Assembly (NCBI GenBank): GCA_963836185.1
Contig: CAWIIQ010000003.1
Coordinates: forward strand, 288,001-352,000
Direction of reading: 5' to 3'
Source: Candidatus Krumholzibacteriia bacterium
GTDB lineage: Bacteria; Krumholzibacteriota; Krumholzibacteriia; Krumholzibacteriales; Krumholzibacteriaceae
Length of the DNA: 64,000 nt
Part shown: positions 45,823-57,427 of the stretch, piece by piece
How positions within the stretch are numbered: position 1 is the first letter of the stretch
Layout: each line of letters starts with the position of its first letter
Translations under genes and position numbers: made by a program
Notes under the pieces: model-generated
What the model saw: only the letters and a program-made list of their open reading frames with translations
What the model was told of the DNA's origin: nothing
Database searches by the model: none

Positions 45823-46373
45823 GGGAAACGGACCTCGGCAGAAAGATACTGGTCGTCATCATCCTGCTCGCCGTAGTGATCGTCGCGGTCTACGCGGTGA
45901 GGCACTGGACGGCTGGCGAGAAAGAGGAGCTCCCAGGGATCCAGGAGGTCGCCGAGGAGACCAGAAGCGTGACCCTCTATTTCGCGGGGCGTGACGCCGA
46001 CGGGCTCGTCTCGGAGACGCGGGAGATCCCGGTCAGGGAAGGGATCGAGAACGAGGCTAAGGCCGTCATGGCCGCCCTTCTCGCCGGGCCCGAAGACGGC
46101 GATGCCGTCTCCGCGATACCTGCCGGAACGAGGATACTCCAGGTCTTCTGGGTCGAGGATACTGAGACACTATACCTCGACTTCAACAGGGGGATCACTA
46201 CAGGTGAAGGCAGCACCGGCGAATACTACACTATCAGCACGATCATCAGGACGATAGGCGCGAACTTCCCGCAGGCGGGCAGGCTGCAGCTGCTCGTCGA
46301 GGGATACCCTGTCGAGACACTCGCGGGGCACTACGGCGTCAGCAAGCCGCTCGACATCAGGAAATGGAGGTAG
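45819..46373 (+). CDS. GerMN domain protein
   Basis: N-terminal TM segment, VTLYF, LLAGP...IPAGT, YLDF and LLVEG...TLAGH. Confidence 0.85.
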   Translation: MRETDLGRKILVVIILLAVVIVAVYAVRHWTAGEKEELPGIQEVAEETRSVTLYFAGRDADGLVSETREIPVREGIENEAKAVMAALLAGPEDGDAVSAIPAGTRILQVFWVEDTETLYLDFNRGITTGEGSTGEYYTISTIIRTIGANFPQAGRLQLLVEGYPVETLAGHYGVSKPLDIRKWR

Positions 46374-46383
46374 TCCTCGACAT

Positions 46384-47259
46384 ATGGACGGCAGCAGCGA
46401 CAGACCGATAGGTGTATTCGACTCGGGAGTCGGCGGCCTGACCGTCGTCAGGGAACTGATCAACCTTCTTCCCGGCGAGGATATCATCTATTTCGGCGAT
46501 ACGGCGAGAGTGCCCTACGGCACGAAGAGCGCCGAGACTGTGGTCAGGTTCGCCCGCGAGGATCTCAGCTTCCTCAGGAGCAGGGATGTCAAGCTCATCG
46601 TAGTGGCGTGCAACACCGCTTCATCCATCGCACTTCCGCAACTGGCCGACGAGTCTGAGATACCGGTGATCGGCGTCCTCCTTCCCGGCGCGAGGGGAGC
46701 CGCCGCGGCTACGCGCAATAACCGCATCGCGGTCATCGGCACGACAGCCACTATAAACTCGGGGGCATACGAAAAAGCCCTTCGCGATATATTCGATGGA
46801 CTCGAGATCATGTCGCACTCCTGCCCCCTTTTCGTCTCGCTCGCCGAGGAAGGCTGGGTCGACGATGATGTGGCATTCATGATCGCGAAGCGATATCTCG
46901 AGCCTCTCACGGGATTCGGCGCGGATACGCTGGTCCTGGGATGCACGCATTACCCGCTGCTCAAGGGCGTCATATCGAGAGTGATGGGCGACGGCGTCGT
47001 CCTTGTCGATTCGGCGACGGAGACGGCGGCCGAGGTCAGGGAGAAGCTCGCGTCATCGGGCCTCCTTTCAGGGAACGACTCGGGGGGGCACATCTACGTC
47101 TACCTGAGCGACATACCGTACAGGTTCAGGGAAGTCGGCGAGAGGTTCCTCGGCCGGCCGATCAGGAGCGTCGAACAGGTGAAAGGGCCCGGGGGCCAGG
47201 AAAGAGAGGGCGGATGCCGAGACACGACGGCAGGAAAAGCGGCGAGCTCAGACAGATAA
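46384..47259 (+). CDS. murI: Glutamate racemase
   Basis: IGVFDSGVGGLTV, PYGTKS, ACNTAS and LGCTHYP. Confidence 0.97.
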   Translation: MDGSSDRPIGVFDSGVGGLTVVRELINLLPGEDIIYFGDTARVPYGTKSAETVVRFAREDLSFLRSRDVKLIVVACNTASSIALPQLADESEIPVIGVLLPGARGAAAATRNNRIAVIGTTATINSGAYEKALRDIFDGLEIMSHSCPLFVSLAEEGWVDDDVAFMIAKRYLEPLTGFGADTLVLGCTHYPLLKGVISRVMGDGVVLVDSATETAAEVREKLASSGLLSGNDSGGHIYVYLSDIPYRFREVGERFLGRPIRSVEQVKGPGGQEREGGCRDTTAGKAASSDR

Positions 47260-47924
47260 AACTGAAGAGGAAGTTCATCAGCAGTGCGGAAGACTCGGTC
47301 CTCTTCGAGATGGGCCGAACGAGAGTGCTCTGCACCGCCACTGTCGAGGATAGCGTGCCTACTTTCCTCAGGGGCGCCGGGAAAGGCTGGATCACGGCCG
47401 AGTACAGCATGCTCCCTCGCTCGAGTCCGCACCGGATACAGCGCGAGTCGATGAAGGGAAAGGTGAAGGGGAGGACCCAGGAGATACAGAGGCTGATCGG
47501 ACGCTCGATACGCGCCGGGGTCGACCTGGAGAAGATCGGCGAGAGGACGATAATCGTCGACTGTGATGTCATCGAGGCAGATGGCGGCACGCGCACCGCC
47601 TCTGTCAACGGCGGGTTTCTGGCGGTCGCCTCCGCCCTGCGCCGCCTCGGTATCGCGGCCGGCTCTATAGACAGTTTCGTCGCCGCGGTGAGCGTCGGAA
47701 TCGTCGGCGGAAAGGTCGCCCTCGATCTTGACTACGTAGAGGATTCGTCGGCCGAGGTCGACATGAACATAGTGATGAACGAGCGCGGAGAGCTGATCGA
47801 GATCCAGGGCACGGCCGAGGACGGCACCTTCACCGAGGAGGATCTCGGCAGGATGCTCAAGGCTGCCCGCAAGGGGATCGGCGCGATAGTGAAAGAACAG
47901 AAGAAGGGACTCCGCTGGAAGTGA
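47214..47924 (+). CDS. rph: Ribonuclease PH
   Basis: GWITAEYSMLP, RTQEIQRLIGR, DCDVIEADGGTRTAS and DLDYVEDSSAEVDMN. Confidence 0.97.
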   Translation: MPRHDGRKSGELRQIKLKRKFISSAEDSVLFEMGRTRVLCTATVEDSVPTFLRGAGKGWITAEYSMLPRSSPHRIQRESMKGKVKGRTQEIQRLIGRSIRAGVDLEKIGERTIIVDCDVIEADGGTRTASVNGGFLAVASALRRLGIAAGSIDSFVAAVSVGIVGGKVALDLDYVEDSSAEVDMNIVMNERGELIEIQGTAEDGTFTEEDLGRMLKAARKGIGAIVKEQKKGLRWK

Positions 47925-48532
47925 AGATAGTCGTCGCCTCGCATAACGCCGGAAAGATCGCCGAGATCTCCGGAATACTGTCCGGCTCTGGTATCGAGCT
48001 CGCGGGACTGGACGATTATCCCTCTTATCCCGAACCGGAGGAGACAGGCTCGACCTTCCTCGAGAACGCGATGATAAAGGCCCGTGCGGCCCATGAAGCG
48101 ACCGGCCTTCCTGCCCTGGCGGACGATTCTGGGATCGAGGTCGATGCCCTCGGTGGCGCGCCCGGGATCCGTTCGGCGAGGTATGGCGGCGAGGGGCTCG
48201 ACGACCGCGGGAGATACACAAAGCTTCTTTCGGAACTTGCGGGAAAACCCGACGAAGAGAGGACAGCAAGGTTCAGGTGCGTCATGGTCCTCTATCCCGC
48301 CCCCGAAACAGAGGGCGAGGCGCTCGTCACCGAAGGCATCCTCGAGGGCCACATAGCATTCGAGCCGGCCGGTGAAAACGGTTTCGGCTACGACCCGGTA
48401 TTCTTCGTCCCCGGGGCGGGAAAGACCGCCGCCGAGATGGACAGGGAAGAGAAGAACTCGATCAGTCACAGGTACCGGGCGCTCGTCGAGATGAAGGCGA
48501 TACTCGAGCGGGGCGGGGAGACCCTCGAGTAA
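47921..48532 (+). CDS. rdgB: RdgB/HAM1 non-canonical purine NTP pyrophosphatase
   Basis: ASHNAGK, ENAMIKA, ADDSG, GFGYDP and KNSISHR. Confidence 0.95.
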   Translation: MKIVVASHNAGKIAEISGILSGSGIELAGLDDYPSYPEPEETGSTFLENAMIKARAAHEATGLPALADDSGIEVDALGGAPGIRSARYGGEGLDDRGRYTKLLSELAGKPDEERTARFRCVMVLYPAPETEGEALVTEGILEGHIAFEPAGENGFGYDPVFFVPGAGKTAAEMDREEKNSISHRYRALVEMKAILERGGETLE

Positions 48533-48625
48533 ACGGCGCCGCTGAATATCGATCGCCCCCGCCGTGTATAACAAACGACTGTACGCAGCAGCGGCCACGT
48601 ATACATATTTCAAGGAGGAAGCGTT

Positions 48626-49560
48626 TTGCTTTCGATCGAGAATGTCACGAAGAGGTATGAGGGCCATACCGCCGTCGACGATCTCTCCCTCATAATCGAG
48701 CCGGGTGTCATCTACGGCCTGCTCGGGCCGAACGGCGCGGGCAAGACGACGACGATCACGGATGACGATGGGCATCATCCAGCCCGATGAGGGAAAGATA
48801 GAGATCCTCGGTGAGCCTTTCAGCGAGTCTCTCAAGGAAAAGATCGGATACCTGCCGGAGGAGAGGGGCCTCTATCGCAAGATGAAGGTCCTCGAGCATC
48901 TCGTCTTCCTCGCCGAGATCAAGGGACTGCCGGCAAAGACTGCGGCTGAACGTGCGAGGAGCTGGCTTGAACGGGTAGACCTGGGCGGCTGGGAGGACAA
49001 GCCGGTCGAGGCCCTCTCGAAGGGGATGCAGCAGAAGATACAGTTCATCTCCACGATCATCCATGAACCGCAGATCGTCATCCTCGACGAGCCGTTCACG
49101 GGGCTCGACCCGATCAACACGCAGATGCTCAAGGACGTCATCGTAGAGATGAAAAACGAGGGGCGCACCGTGATCCTCTCGACCCACCTGATGGAACAGG
49201 TCGAGAAGCTCTGCGAGAAGATATGCCTTATCAACAAGGGCAGGAAGGTCCTCGAGGGCGGCATACAGGAGATCAAGATGAGGTTCAGCAAGAACGTCGT
49301 CGCGATGAGATTCACCGGCGACGTCTCGCGAGCTGGAAGCGCACCCCGACGTCGAGAGAATAACGGAGTTCGGGCAGGGGCTGTCCGTGACCCTCTCCGA
49401 GGGCGCCGATCCGGCCGTCATGCTCCGGCATGCTCTCGATCGCGGCAGGGTCGACAGGTTCGAGGTCGGGGAGATGTCGCTTCACGATATTTTCATTGCC
49501 CAGGTCAGGGCGAAAGGGGGTGACCTCGATGAAGAAGATGCTGCTGGTAGTCAGGCGTGA
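48626..49560 (+). CDS. ABC-2 type transporter ATP-binding protein (NatA/YhaQ-like); frameshifts near 48758 and 49335
   Basis: Walker A GPNGAGKTT, GYLPEERGLY, LSKGMQQK, ILDEP and STH. Confidence 0.9.
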
Positions 49561-50798
49561 GTATCTCGATCGCGTTAAAAAGAAATCCTTCCTCATCGGG
49601 ACGATCCTCGGCCCGGTCCTGATGGGCCTGCTGATATTCGCGCCGGCCCTGATCTTCAAGCTGTCGCCCGATACCCAGACGACTGTCACTGTCGATCGAC
49701 CTGACAGGAGAGGTCTACGAGCAGATGGAGTCCTCGCTGGTCGACACCCTCGACAACGGGACCCTGAAGTTCAGCATCAGGGAATATCCGGCTGATGAGA
49801 TCGGTCTCGACGAGGCCAAAAGGATCCTGAACCTCGAGATCGAAGAAGACGCTATCGACGGATACCTCGTCATCCCCCCCGATATCATCGATTCGGGGAA
49901 GGCGACCTTCTACGGCAAGCGCGTAGGGGACATCAAGAGCCTCGAGAGCCTCGAGAGCGCGCTGAGCAATGTCATCATCGGGATGAGGCTGTCCTCGAGG
50001 GGGCTCGATTACACCGAGGTCAAGGGGCTCGTCAAGCGTATCGACCTCGAGACGATGCAGGTCACCGACAAGGGAGCCGAGAAGCGCGGTGGATTCGACT
50101 TCGTGTTCATGTCGAGCTTTCTCTTCATAATGATGCTCTACATGACGATCCTCATGTGGGGCGTCGCGGTACAGCGCTCGATCATCGAGGAGAAGAACAA
50201 CCGTGTCATAGAGGTACTTCTGTCCTCGCTCAGGCCCGAGGACCTGCTGTTCGGGAAGATATTCGGAGTAGGCGCCGTCGGGTTGACCCAGTACGCCATA
50301 TGGGGCATTTTCGGCACAATCATGACTGCCTACGGCCTGACGATGGGCGGTCCCGTCGCCGAGCTCGCCGGGAACCTCTCCTTCGCGACCCTCGGCTTCT
50401 TCATACTCTACTATGTGCTCGGATTCCTCTTCTACGCGACGATGTTCGCCGGGATAGGCTCGGTATGCAACACCGACCAGGAGGCGCAGCAGATGCAGAC
50501 GCCTGTCGTGCTCTGTCTCGTCTTCACGATCCTGCTTCCGATGATGGTCATCCAGAGGCCGGACAGTCCCTTCGCGACGGTGATCAGCCTGATCCCCCTC
50601 TTTACCCCGATAGTCATGTTCATGAGGATCAATGTGCTGATGCCGCCGGTCTGGCAGATAGCCCTGAGCCTGGTCCTGATGGTTCTCGCGATAAGGTTCT
50701 CAGGGATGCTGGCGGCGAGGATATTCCGCACCGGCATCCTGATGTACGGCAAGAAGCCGGACGCGCGCGAGATCCTCAAGTGGCTGAAGAGAGCGTAA
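49529..50798 (+). CDS. ABC-2 type permease (NatB/YhaP-like); frameshift near 49700
   Basis: REYLDRVKKKSF, EEKNNRVIEVLLSS, GKIFG and GILMYGKK. Confidence 0.9.
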
Positions 50799-50819
50799 GC
50801 AGACATCCGCATATAAAAA

Positions 50820-50844
50820 GATCCCCGCCGGAAGGCGGGGATCT
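50820..50844. terminator. Intrinsic terminator
   Basis: gatccccgcc-ggaa-ggcggggatc hairpin preceded by an A-tract, between convergent genes. Confidence 0.75.
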
Positions 50845-50871
50845 CATATCACGTCATTATCTGAATGATCT

Positions 50872-51480
50872 TTAGAACTTGATGATGCTGTAATCTACCC
50901 GCAGCTGAACATAGTCGAAGATGCCGGCGTCGCCTTCTGTCGTGAAAGCGTGGTACTCGAGCTCGAAGGTCACTCCCGTTGTGAGGAGGAACCAGTAATC
51001 GAACCCGATGCCAATCGAGCCTCCGGGACGAGTGCCGTTGCCGCAGACCCCGCCGACACAGCCGCCGCCGAGACGGGCGATCGTGTTGTAGACTCCGACG
51101 CCCACCTGGGCATGGACCTGGAACATCGTGCTGAACGAATGGTAGTATCTCGCCTTTAATGTGATCGGGATCACGCTCAGTCTCTCGGTGTAGTCTCCGC
51201 CGCCTTCGTCAGCAGATGATGAGACCGTGTACTTGTAGTAGTGAACGATGTCCATCCCGAAATAGGCTCCGAGACAGAGATTGTTCGTGAGCATCTTGCC
51301 GGCGTAGAAGTCGAGCCCGAAAAAGCCGTTCTCGGCACCATCGGGCAGCGCCTTGCTGTAAGAACCGCCGATGTATATGACGGCCTTGCCGCTGTTCGCC
51401 TGACCGAAGACCGGCACGGCGAAGAGCAATACGGCCAGAGACAGTAACAGCGCGCGAGAGCCCAATTTTCTCGATTTCAA
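50872..51480 (-). CDS. Small outer-membrane beta-barrel protein (OmpA/OmpW-like)
   Basis: Signal peptide, 8-strand-like pattern (IPITLKARYY, QVGVGVY) and C-terminal F. Confidence 0.7.
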   Translation of the reverse strand: MKSRKLGSRALLLSLAVLLFAVPVFGQANSGKAVIYIGGSYSKALPDGAENGFFGLDFYAGKMLTNNLCLGAYFGMDIVHYYKYTVSSSADEGGGDYTERLSVIPITLKARYYHSFSTMFQVHAQVGVGVYNTIARLGGGCVGGVCGNGTRPGGSIGIGFDYWFLLTTGVTFELEYHAFTTEGDAGIFDYVQLRVDYSIIKF

Positions 51481-51676
51481 CGCAATCCTCCGATTTGAGC
51501 AGTAAATACTTACAGTATAAGATTTTTATAATAAAACAACGCCTTACAGTCAAGGGGTTTTACCTTGCCGGCCGGTGGCCGGGCGGGGCGCATTTCCTTT
51601 GATATCAAGGTTCTTTTGGGGTACAGTCGGAGACCGGCAGCCCCGACGGTACGGCAGGGGCAGAGGAGGAACTCGC

Positions 51677-52916
51677 TTGAAGGTCCTGATGGTCCAGACA
51701 TTCCATTTCCGCCGCGGCGGGGATTCGACCTGCATGCTCAATCTCAGCACGCTTCTCGAGGAAAAAGGCCACGAGGTGGTCCATTTCGCGATGGAGCATC
51801 CCCGGAACCTTCCCTCCGCCCATGCGGAGTACTTTTCGAGCGAGATCGACTTTCCCGGCCTTCTCGAGGACGGCTCGCCGTCATCGGCATGGAAGGTCCT
51901 CTCGAAATCGATATATAACGGCGAGGCGAGAGAGAAGATAGCCAGGCTCGCCGACGACACGAAACCTGATATAGCCCATTTCCACAACATACACGGCCAC
52001 CTGACGACCTCGATCATCGAGCCGCTGCGCAGGCGCGGGATCCCGATCGTCTGGACATGCCACGACTACCGGCTCGTCTGCCCCAACACCTCGTTTCTCA
52101 GCCACGGCGAGATCTGCGAGAGGTGCCTGCCGGCTAGGTACTGGAACGCTCCCCTGCAGAGATGCAAGAAGGGGAGCGGCCCGGCGAGCCTCGTCGCGAT
52201 GCTCTCATCGTGCTGGGACCGGATGACCGGCGTGCCGCGCAGGATAGACAGGTTCATAACGCCGAGCAATTTCCTCAGGGGAAAACTGATAGAAGGACGG
52301 ATAAGCCGCGGCAGGATCACGGTGATCCCCAACTTCACCAGCCTCGATGTCCGGGCCGACGCTCCCGAGGGTGATTACTTCATATACACCGGCCGCCTGC
52401 TTGCGGAGAAGGGGATCGACCTGCTCATCAGGGCCGCCGGAGCCGTCGAGGGGGCGAGGCTCCTTATAGTCGGCGAGGGGCCGATGGAGGCGGAGCTGAA
52501 AAGCGAGGCGGAGAAGTTCGGGAGCGGCCGGGTCGAGTTCACCGGTTATCTCTCAGGCGAGGATTTCGAGAGGACCGTCGCCGGGGCCCGCTTCGTCGTA
52601 CTGCCGTCACGCTGGTACGAGAACCTTCCGTTTTCGATCATGGAGGCGATGGCGGCCGGCAAGCCCGTTGTGGCCACAGATATCGGCGGCATCCCCGAGA
52701 TGGTCGACGACGGCGAGACCGGCCTGCTCTTCCCCATCGGGGACGAGGAGGCTCTGCGCTCATGCCTCGAGCGGATGAACTCCGACGCGGGGCTGAGGCG
52801 GGAGATGGGGCGCAAGGGAAGAGCGAAGGCCGAACGAGCTCTACGGCAGAGAGAAACATTATTCGGATATTATGGAGGTATATGATGCCGTCCAGGCGGC
52901 CCGGAGCGGAAAATAG
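51677..52916 (+). CDS. Glycosyltransferase family 4 (GT-B); frameshift near the 3' end
   Basis: TCHDYRLVC, GRLLAEKG and PSRWYENLPFSIMEAMAAGKPVVATDIGGIPE. Confidence 0.92.
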
Positions 52917-52962
52917 CTGTCGGGGATTACCCGCAGGTATTATATAGATATCCTACCAGGGT

Positions 52963-53040
52963 CGGGGTGTAGCGCAGCCCGGTTAGCGCGCCTGCTTTGG
53001 GAGCAGGAAGTCGCTGGTTCGAATCCAGTCACCCCGACCA
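52963..53040 (+). tRNA. tRNA-Pro (anticodon TGG)
   Basis: CGGGGTG...CCTGC-TTTGGGA-GCAGG...GGTTCGAATCC...CACCCCG-ACCA forms a complete cloverleaf. Confidence 0.96.
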
Positions 53041-53118
53041 TGTATATTTCGCAGCCGTCTCCGGAATAACGATAATTATAAGCCATGGCGCTACCGCCGC
53101 GCATATATCGGAATTGGC

Positions 53119-53147
53119 TTGACATGTTCCGCGGGCGCGGGTAAACT
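53119..53147 (+). promoter_or_regulatory. Sigma-70 promoter
   Basis: TTGACA-17-TAAACT upstream of 53273. Confidence 0.6.
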
Positions 53148-53272
53148 TCCTCTAATCACCTAAGAGGCATACTAATTAAATCACGGGGCGAATCCGGCAA
53201 GCCCCCGGTATCTGCATATCGGGTGGATTTCGCTCGTTCGGAGCGGTCGTTCTCACTGAAAGGAGTAGCAGG

Positions 53273-54208
53273 ATGCGTATATCGTCGAATGGACCTTTCC
53301 TTCTGGTCATGCTTGCTGTTCTGGCGGCTGTGGCCCTGTCTTCATGCAGCGATGAAGACTCGCCTGTCGAGCCGAAAGCGACTTACAGCTGGAAACAGGA
53401 AGTCACGGGTGTGTCTGAGGTTCTGTACGGTATCGGAGGGACAGCTGAAGACAACGTCTACGTTGGAGGGACCGCCGGGCGCCTCCTTCACTGGAACGGA
53501 TCTTCCTTCAGCAGGCTGCAGAGAATGTGCACTTCACGCATCAACGCAATTAAAGCCATGTCTGAGACCAGCATCTGGATGTGCGGGGCAAACGATTCAA
53601 TCTTCCATTACGATGGGAGCTCATGGACCGGATATAAGGGCAATACCGGCGTGAACCTCTACTGTCTCTTTGTCGCGGCGGAGAATGACATCTGGGTCGC
53701 CGGAGACGGGGGGTGGACATCACACTTCGACGGCTCAACATGGAGTGCGGAGCAGATCGGCACCTATATCTGGCGGGGGCTCTGGGGCACTGGCGCTTCA
53801 AGTATCTACATCGCCGGCTTTGAGGAGGTCGTCTTCTGGTATGACGGGAATGACTGGTCCCAGATCACATCATCGGGATACAACAATAACTGCCAGGCTG
53901 CCTGGGGAACGGCTGACGACAATGTCTACTTTGCAGCATGGTCCAAGATCTTTCATTACGACGGTGGCCTCCAGATGACTCTCGCGGTAGATCTTTCCCC
54001 TACTCGTTATTTCGGAATATGGGGAAGCTCCAAAGATGATATATTCGCGGTCGGTAATGACGGTGAGATCGTGCATTGGAACGGTACCGCATGGAGCTAT
54101 ATGACCAGCGGCACGACCACTGATTTCAGGAACGTATGGGGGACCGGACCCAGGGATGTCTTTGCGATCGGCGGCAGCGGGCTGATCCTGCATTACTGCG
54201 AGGACTGA
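53273..54208 (+). CDS. Beta-propeller lipoprotein
   Basis: Lipobox LSSC; about 7 repeats of ~40 aa matching WGxxxxDVxAxG...IxHxDGxxW. Confidence 0.8.
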   Translation: MRISSNGPFLLVMLAVLAAVALSSCSDEDSPVEPKATYSWKQEVTGVSEVLYGIGGTAEDNVYVGGTAGRLLHWNGSSFSRLQRMCTSRINAIKAMSETSIWMCGANDSIFHYDGSSWTGYKGNTGVNLYCLFVAAENDIWVAGDGGWTSHFDGSTWSAEQIGTYIWRGLWGTGASSIYIAGFEEVVFWYDGNDWSQITSSGYNNNCQAAWGTADDNVYFAAWSKIFHYDGGLQMTLAVDLSPTRYFGIWGSSKDDIFAVGNDGEIVHWNGTAWSYMTSGTTTDFRNVWGTGPRDVFAIGGSGLILHYCED

Positions 54209-54235
54209 TCTCCTGTCCGTCGACTTGACGCGGAA

Positions 54236-54269
54236 ACGCCGGGCACGGCCATCGGCTGTACCCGGCGTC
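54236..54269. terminator. Hairpin between convergent genes
   Basis: acgccggg...cccggcgt extended stem. Confidence 0.55.
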
Positions 54270-54280
54270 TCTGCAGGATC

Positions 54281-57120
54281 CTATCTTATCAGGACCATCT
54301 TTCTCGTGATGTTCTGCTTTCCCGCCCTGAGCCTACAGAAATAGATGCCGGACGCTGTGGCACGTCCGCCGTTGCCGGTTCCGTCCCATGAAGCTTCTGT
54401 ATATCCCCTTTCCCTGTCCCCGTCGATCAGTGTCCTGACGAGCCGGCCCGCGGCGTCGAAGATCTCAAGCCTGACGGCACTGCGTTCAGGAAGGTAAAAA
54501 CGTATCGATGTCGAAGGATTGAACGGGTTGGGCGTGTTCTGAAAGAGCGTTACAGGCAGGTCGGGAACCTTCAGCAGAACAGTCTCGAACAGTGTCCGGC
54601 TGGCCGAACCGTCGGTGTATTCCACGCGGTAGCGGCATTCAGTGCCGGGAGCTGCCTTGTCATCAGTAAAACGGAAGGTCAGGTCGTCACGAAGGATCCC
54701 GGAAGAATCGAGAAACAGCGGGGTGTCGTTGTCCGCATCGATTCGTGAGACTGTAAACTCGATCCCCTCATCGAGATGCGACAGACGCCATTCTATTTCG
54801 ACGCTTTCCCCGATGACTTTCGCCGAATAATCCTGAAGCAAGGTTGCGACTTCGCTGCTGTAGTCGATCCGCAGATAATCCAGAGTCGGATTGATGCCGT
54901 TATGCTGGTAATTAAGCACAGCGCGCCATATCAGGTCCTGGCCCGGATTGGTGAGGAAGTGCCACGCCGCCGGCATCTTGTCAATAGATCTCGAGGCGGA
55001 ATAGTATTCCATCGGGACACTTTCCCAGCTGGCTCCTCCATCCGCGCTCAGTTCGAAGGATACGCTTCCGGTCCTTTCCACCTGGACGCAGACGAGGCGT
55101 ATGGTCTCATCGGTGGTATCGAGGATGATGGAACGGGCGGTATCATTGCATTCATCGAATGCGCCGATGAATGATCTGAATACGGACATTCCGCCGATCT
55201 GGTCGGCAAGAAACAGATAGTCTCCGTGTCTTGTGACATGCATCGCGGAACCCGGCGTGTCGTAGTGGTCTGCCAGGACAGGGTTCGCCGGATTGCTGAT
55301 GTCCAGCACGTACAATCCCGACAGCTGGTTGGCTACGTAGGCATAGTCACCGTCTACCTCAACATGAAAAGCCCGTTCCGTCGTATTGTAAAAGCCCAAT
55401 GGAGTCGGATTTGAAGCGTCGGAGATGTCGGCGATACGAAGTCCGCCGGTATCTCCCGCAAGAAACGCGAGATCACCCTTTACTGTGATACTGCGCACGA
55501 ACATCCCCCATTCGTAGGAGCCCTTTAAGCTGGGGGCTGAAGGATTGCTGATATCCACGATTGTCAGGTCGTCGCCGTAAGGGTCGGCGACGTAAGCGTA
55601 ATTGCCCGCGACACATACATCGTACGGACCGGTCAATCCGCCGAAAAAGCCCGTGACAGAAGGTGAGGCAGGATTGCTTACGTCGATTATGCTCAGTCCA
55701 CTGCCGTTTCCCCCGACCGTGAATAGCAGGTCTCCGGCAAGGTACATACCACTTGTTACCGGAAGGCCGGTACCCGAATGAATCTGCGACCATGCAGTCG
55801 GATCGCTGATATCCCACGTAGTTGGCGCCGTTCCGCCGTGGGCGACGAACGCGAAATCGCCCTGTACGACTGATATTGGAGGCATCAGCGGCAGCGACAG
55901 TAGACGAGACGGAGGGCTGGCGTGGATCACTTATGTCAACTACGTTTATGCCGCCCGAGTAACTTGGCACGAACGCGTAATCTCCTGCAATCGCTATCCG
56001 GTTGGGTTCACCGCCCATCGGCAGGGTCGCCACATTAAGCAGGTCGGTGCATTCCGAGACCTGTATCACGTACAGGCCGTCAGATGTTCCTACATATGCG
56101 TATGACCCTTCGATGATCACCTGGTGTGCTGAACCGCAGTCTAGACTTCCAATCCTGGCTGGCGATGTGGGATTTGATATGTCGTAGAGGATAAGGCCAT
56201 CCACCAGGCCTGCCAGGTATGCGAAGTCCCCGCTTACCGTGACGTACCGCGCGTCGATCACAGTAGGCGTGCTGGTTACTAAAGAGACATTCTCCGGGTC
56301 GCTGACATCGGCCACGACGAGTCCACCGGGATCATACGGCATGAAGGCGTAATTGCCTTCGATATCGGCCATATAGCCGGTACATGTCGAGCAGGTGTCG
56401 ACTAAAGCCATAGCTGATGGGTCGCTGATGTCGAGCGTCAACGTGCCGCGATATCCCCTGGGGACAAGTAGATAGTCGCCTGTAACAGCCGCTCCCCTGG
56501 AGTTGCCGGTATTAATGTAGTGCAATTGAGATGGATTCGCCGGATCGCTGATATCGACAGAGACCAGGATGTTAGCAAATGCGACGAAAGCATAATCGCC
56601 ATGGATCACTATCATTTGCGGATAGGCGCCGAAGATATCTGTGCTGCCGATTATCGTAGGATCTGTCGGATCGCTGATATCGATGGTGTAGAAGCAGCCG
56701 TTATTTCCCGTGACATAGGCAAGGTCGCCGTCGACAGTTGCAACAGGGTACCAGCAGGGGATCGTCACTTTTCCCAGGTAGGAAGGAGATTCCGGATCGG
56801 ATATATCGATCACTATCAGCTCATCGGAGATGCCAGATGAGATTATGACTGCGAAATCTCCGCTCACTGCAAGGGTTTTCACCGAACCTGAAGTCGCGTA
56901 GAATCCCGCAACGGAAAACTCGAACTGCCTGAGACCGAGTGTTCCGCTGACCGTATCCCACATCGCGGTGCTGTTGAGCGTGTCGCAATACACCATACTT
57001 GTGAAATCTTCCCTGTACAGGAAGTTGGTCGCCATCGCGTTCGTGTTCGAACCAGGCAAAGGAATGATCCCGAACACCAGGATTGCAGATGATACCGGCG
57101 ATTACAGTACATGCTTTCAT
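54281..57120 (-). CDS. Secreted LVIVD-repeat beta-propeller protein with FlgD-like tail; frameshifts near 57080 and 55875
   Basis: Many GxYAYVA...GLxIxDISDPxxP repeats; tail QNTPNPFNPST...RKMVLIR. Confidence 0.85.
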
Positions 57121-57351
57121 GACAACTCCTTTCTTGAAAGGCATGCGGTTGTAACGAGGTGAATCACCCATTATTAAAGTAGTGTCTGATATATGTGGTG
57201 GTTTTCCCTCTGAGTAAAAAGCCTACTCCTGAGATTTACCTTTGTCAACCGCATATAGAAGGATAGTTGTGGTGTTGTCTGGAAGGGGTTTATAGACGGC
57301 GTGCCTTGCGGGCGATCTGGGCAGATTCCTTGCCGTCGGTGAGATATCAAA

Positions 57352-57427
57352 GGGGCAGTGCAACCCGGGTAGCGCGCCTGCTTTGGGCGGCGGAAGTCGC
57401 TGGTTCGAATCCAGTCACCCCCGAACA
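57352..57427 (+). pseudogene. Degenerate copy of tRNA-Pro(TGG); candidate att-like direct repeat
   Basis: Shares TAGCGCGCCTGCTTTGGG and GGAAGTCGCTGGTTCGAATCCAGTCACCCC with 52963-53040; the anticodon stem is broken and CCA is lost. Confidence 0.8.

Noticed and set aside
43787-48532. smpB-amidase-GerMN-murI-rph-rdgB cluster as novel
   Set aside because: The murI-rph-rdgB order with GerMN/amidase is a known conserved arrangement in several phyla.
5341-57120. Numerous frameshifts suggesting mass pseudogenisation or programmed frameshifting
   Set aside because: Single-base indels hit accessory and housekeeping-type genes alike (amidase, ABC transporter, M16) while catalytic motifs stay intact, and I saw no consistent slippery sites. 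Long-read consensus error is the simplest explanation.
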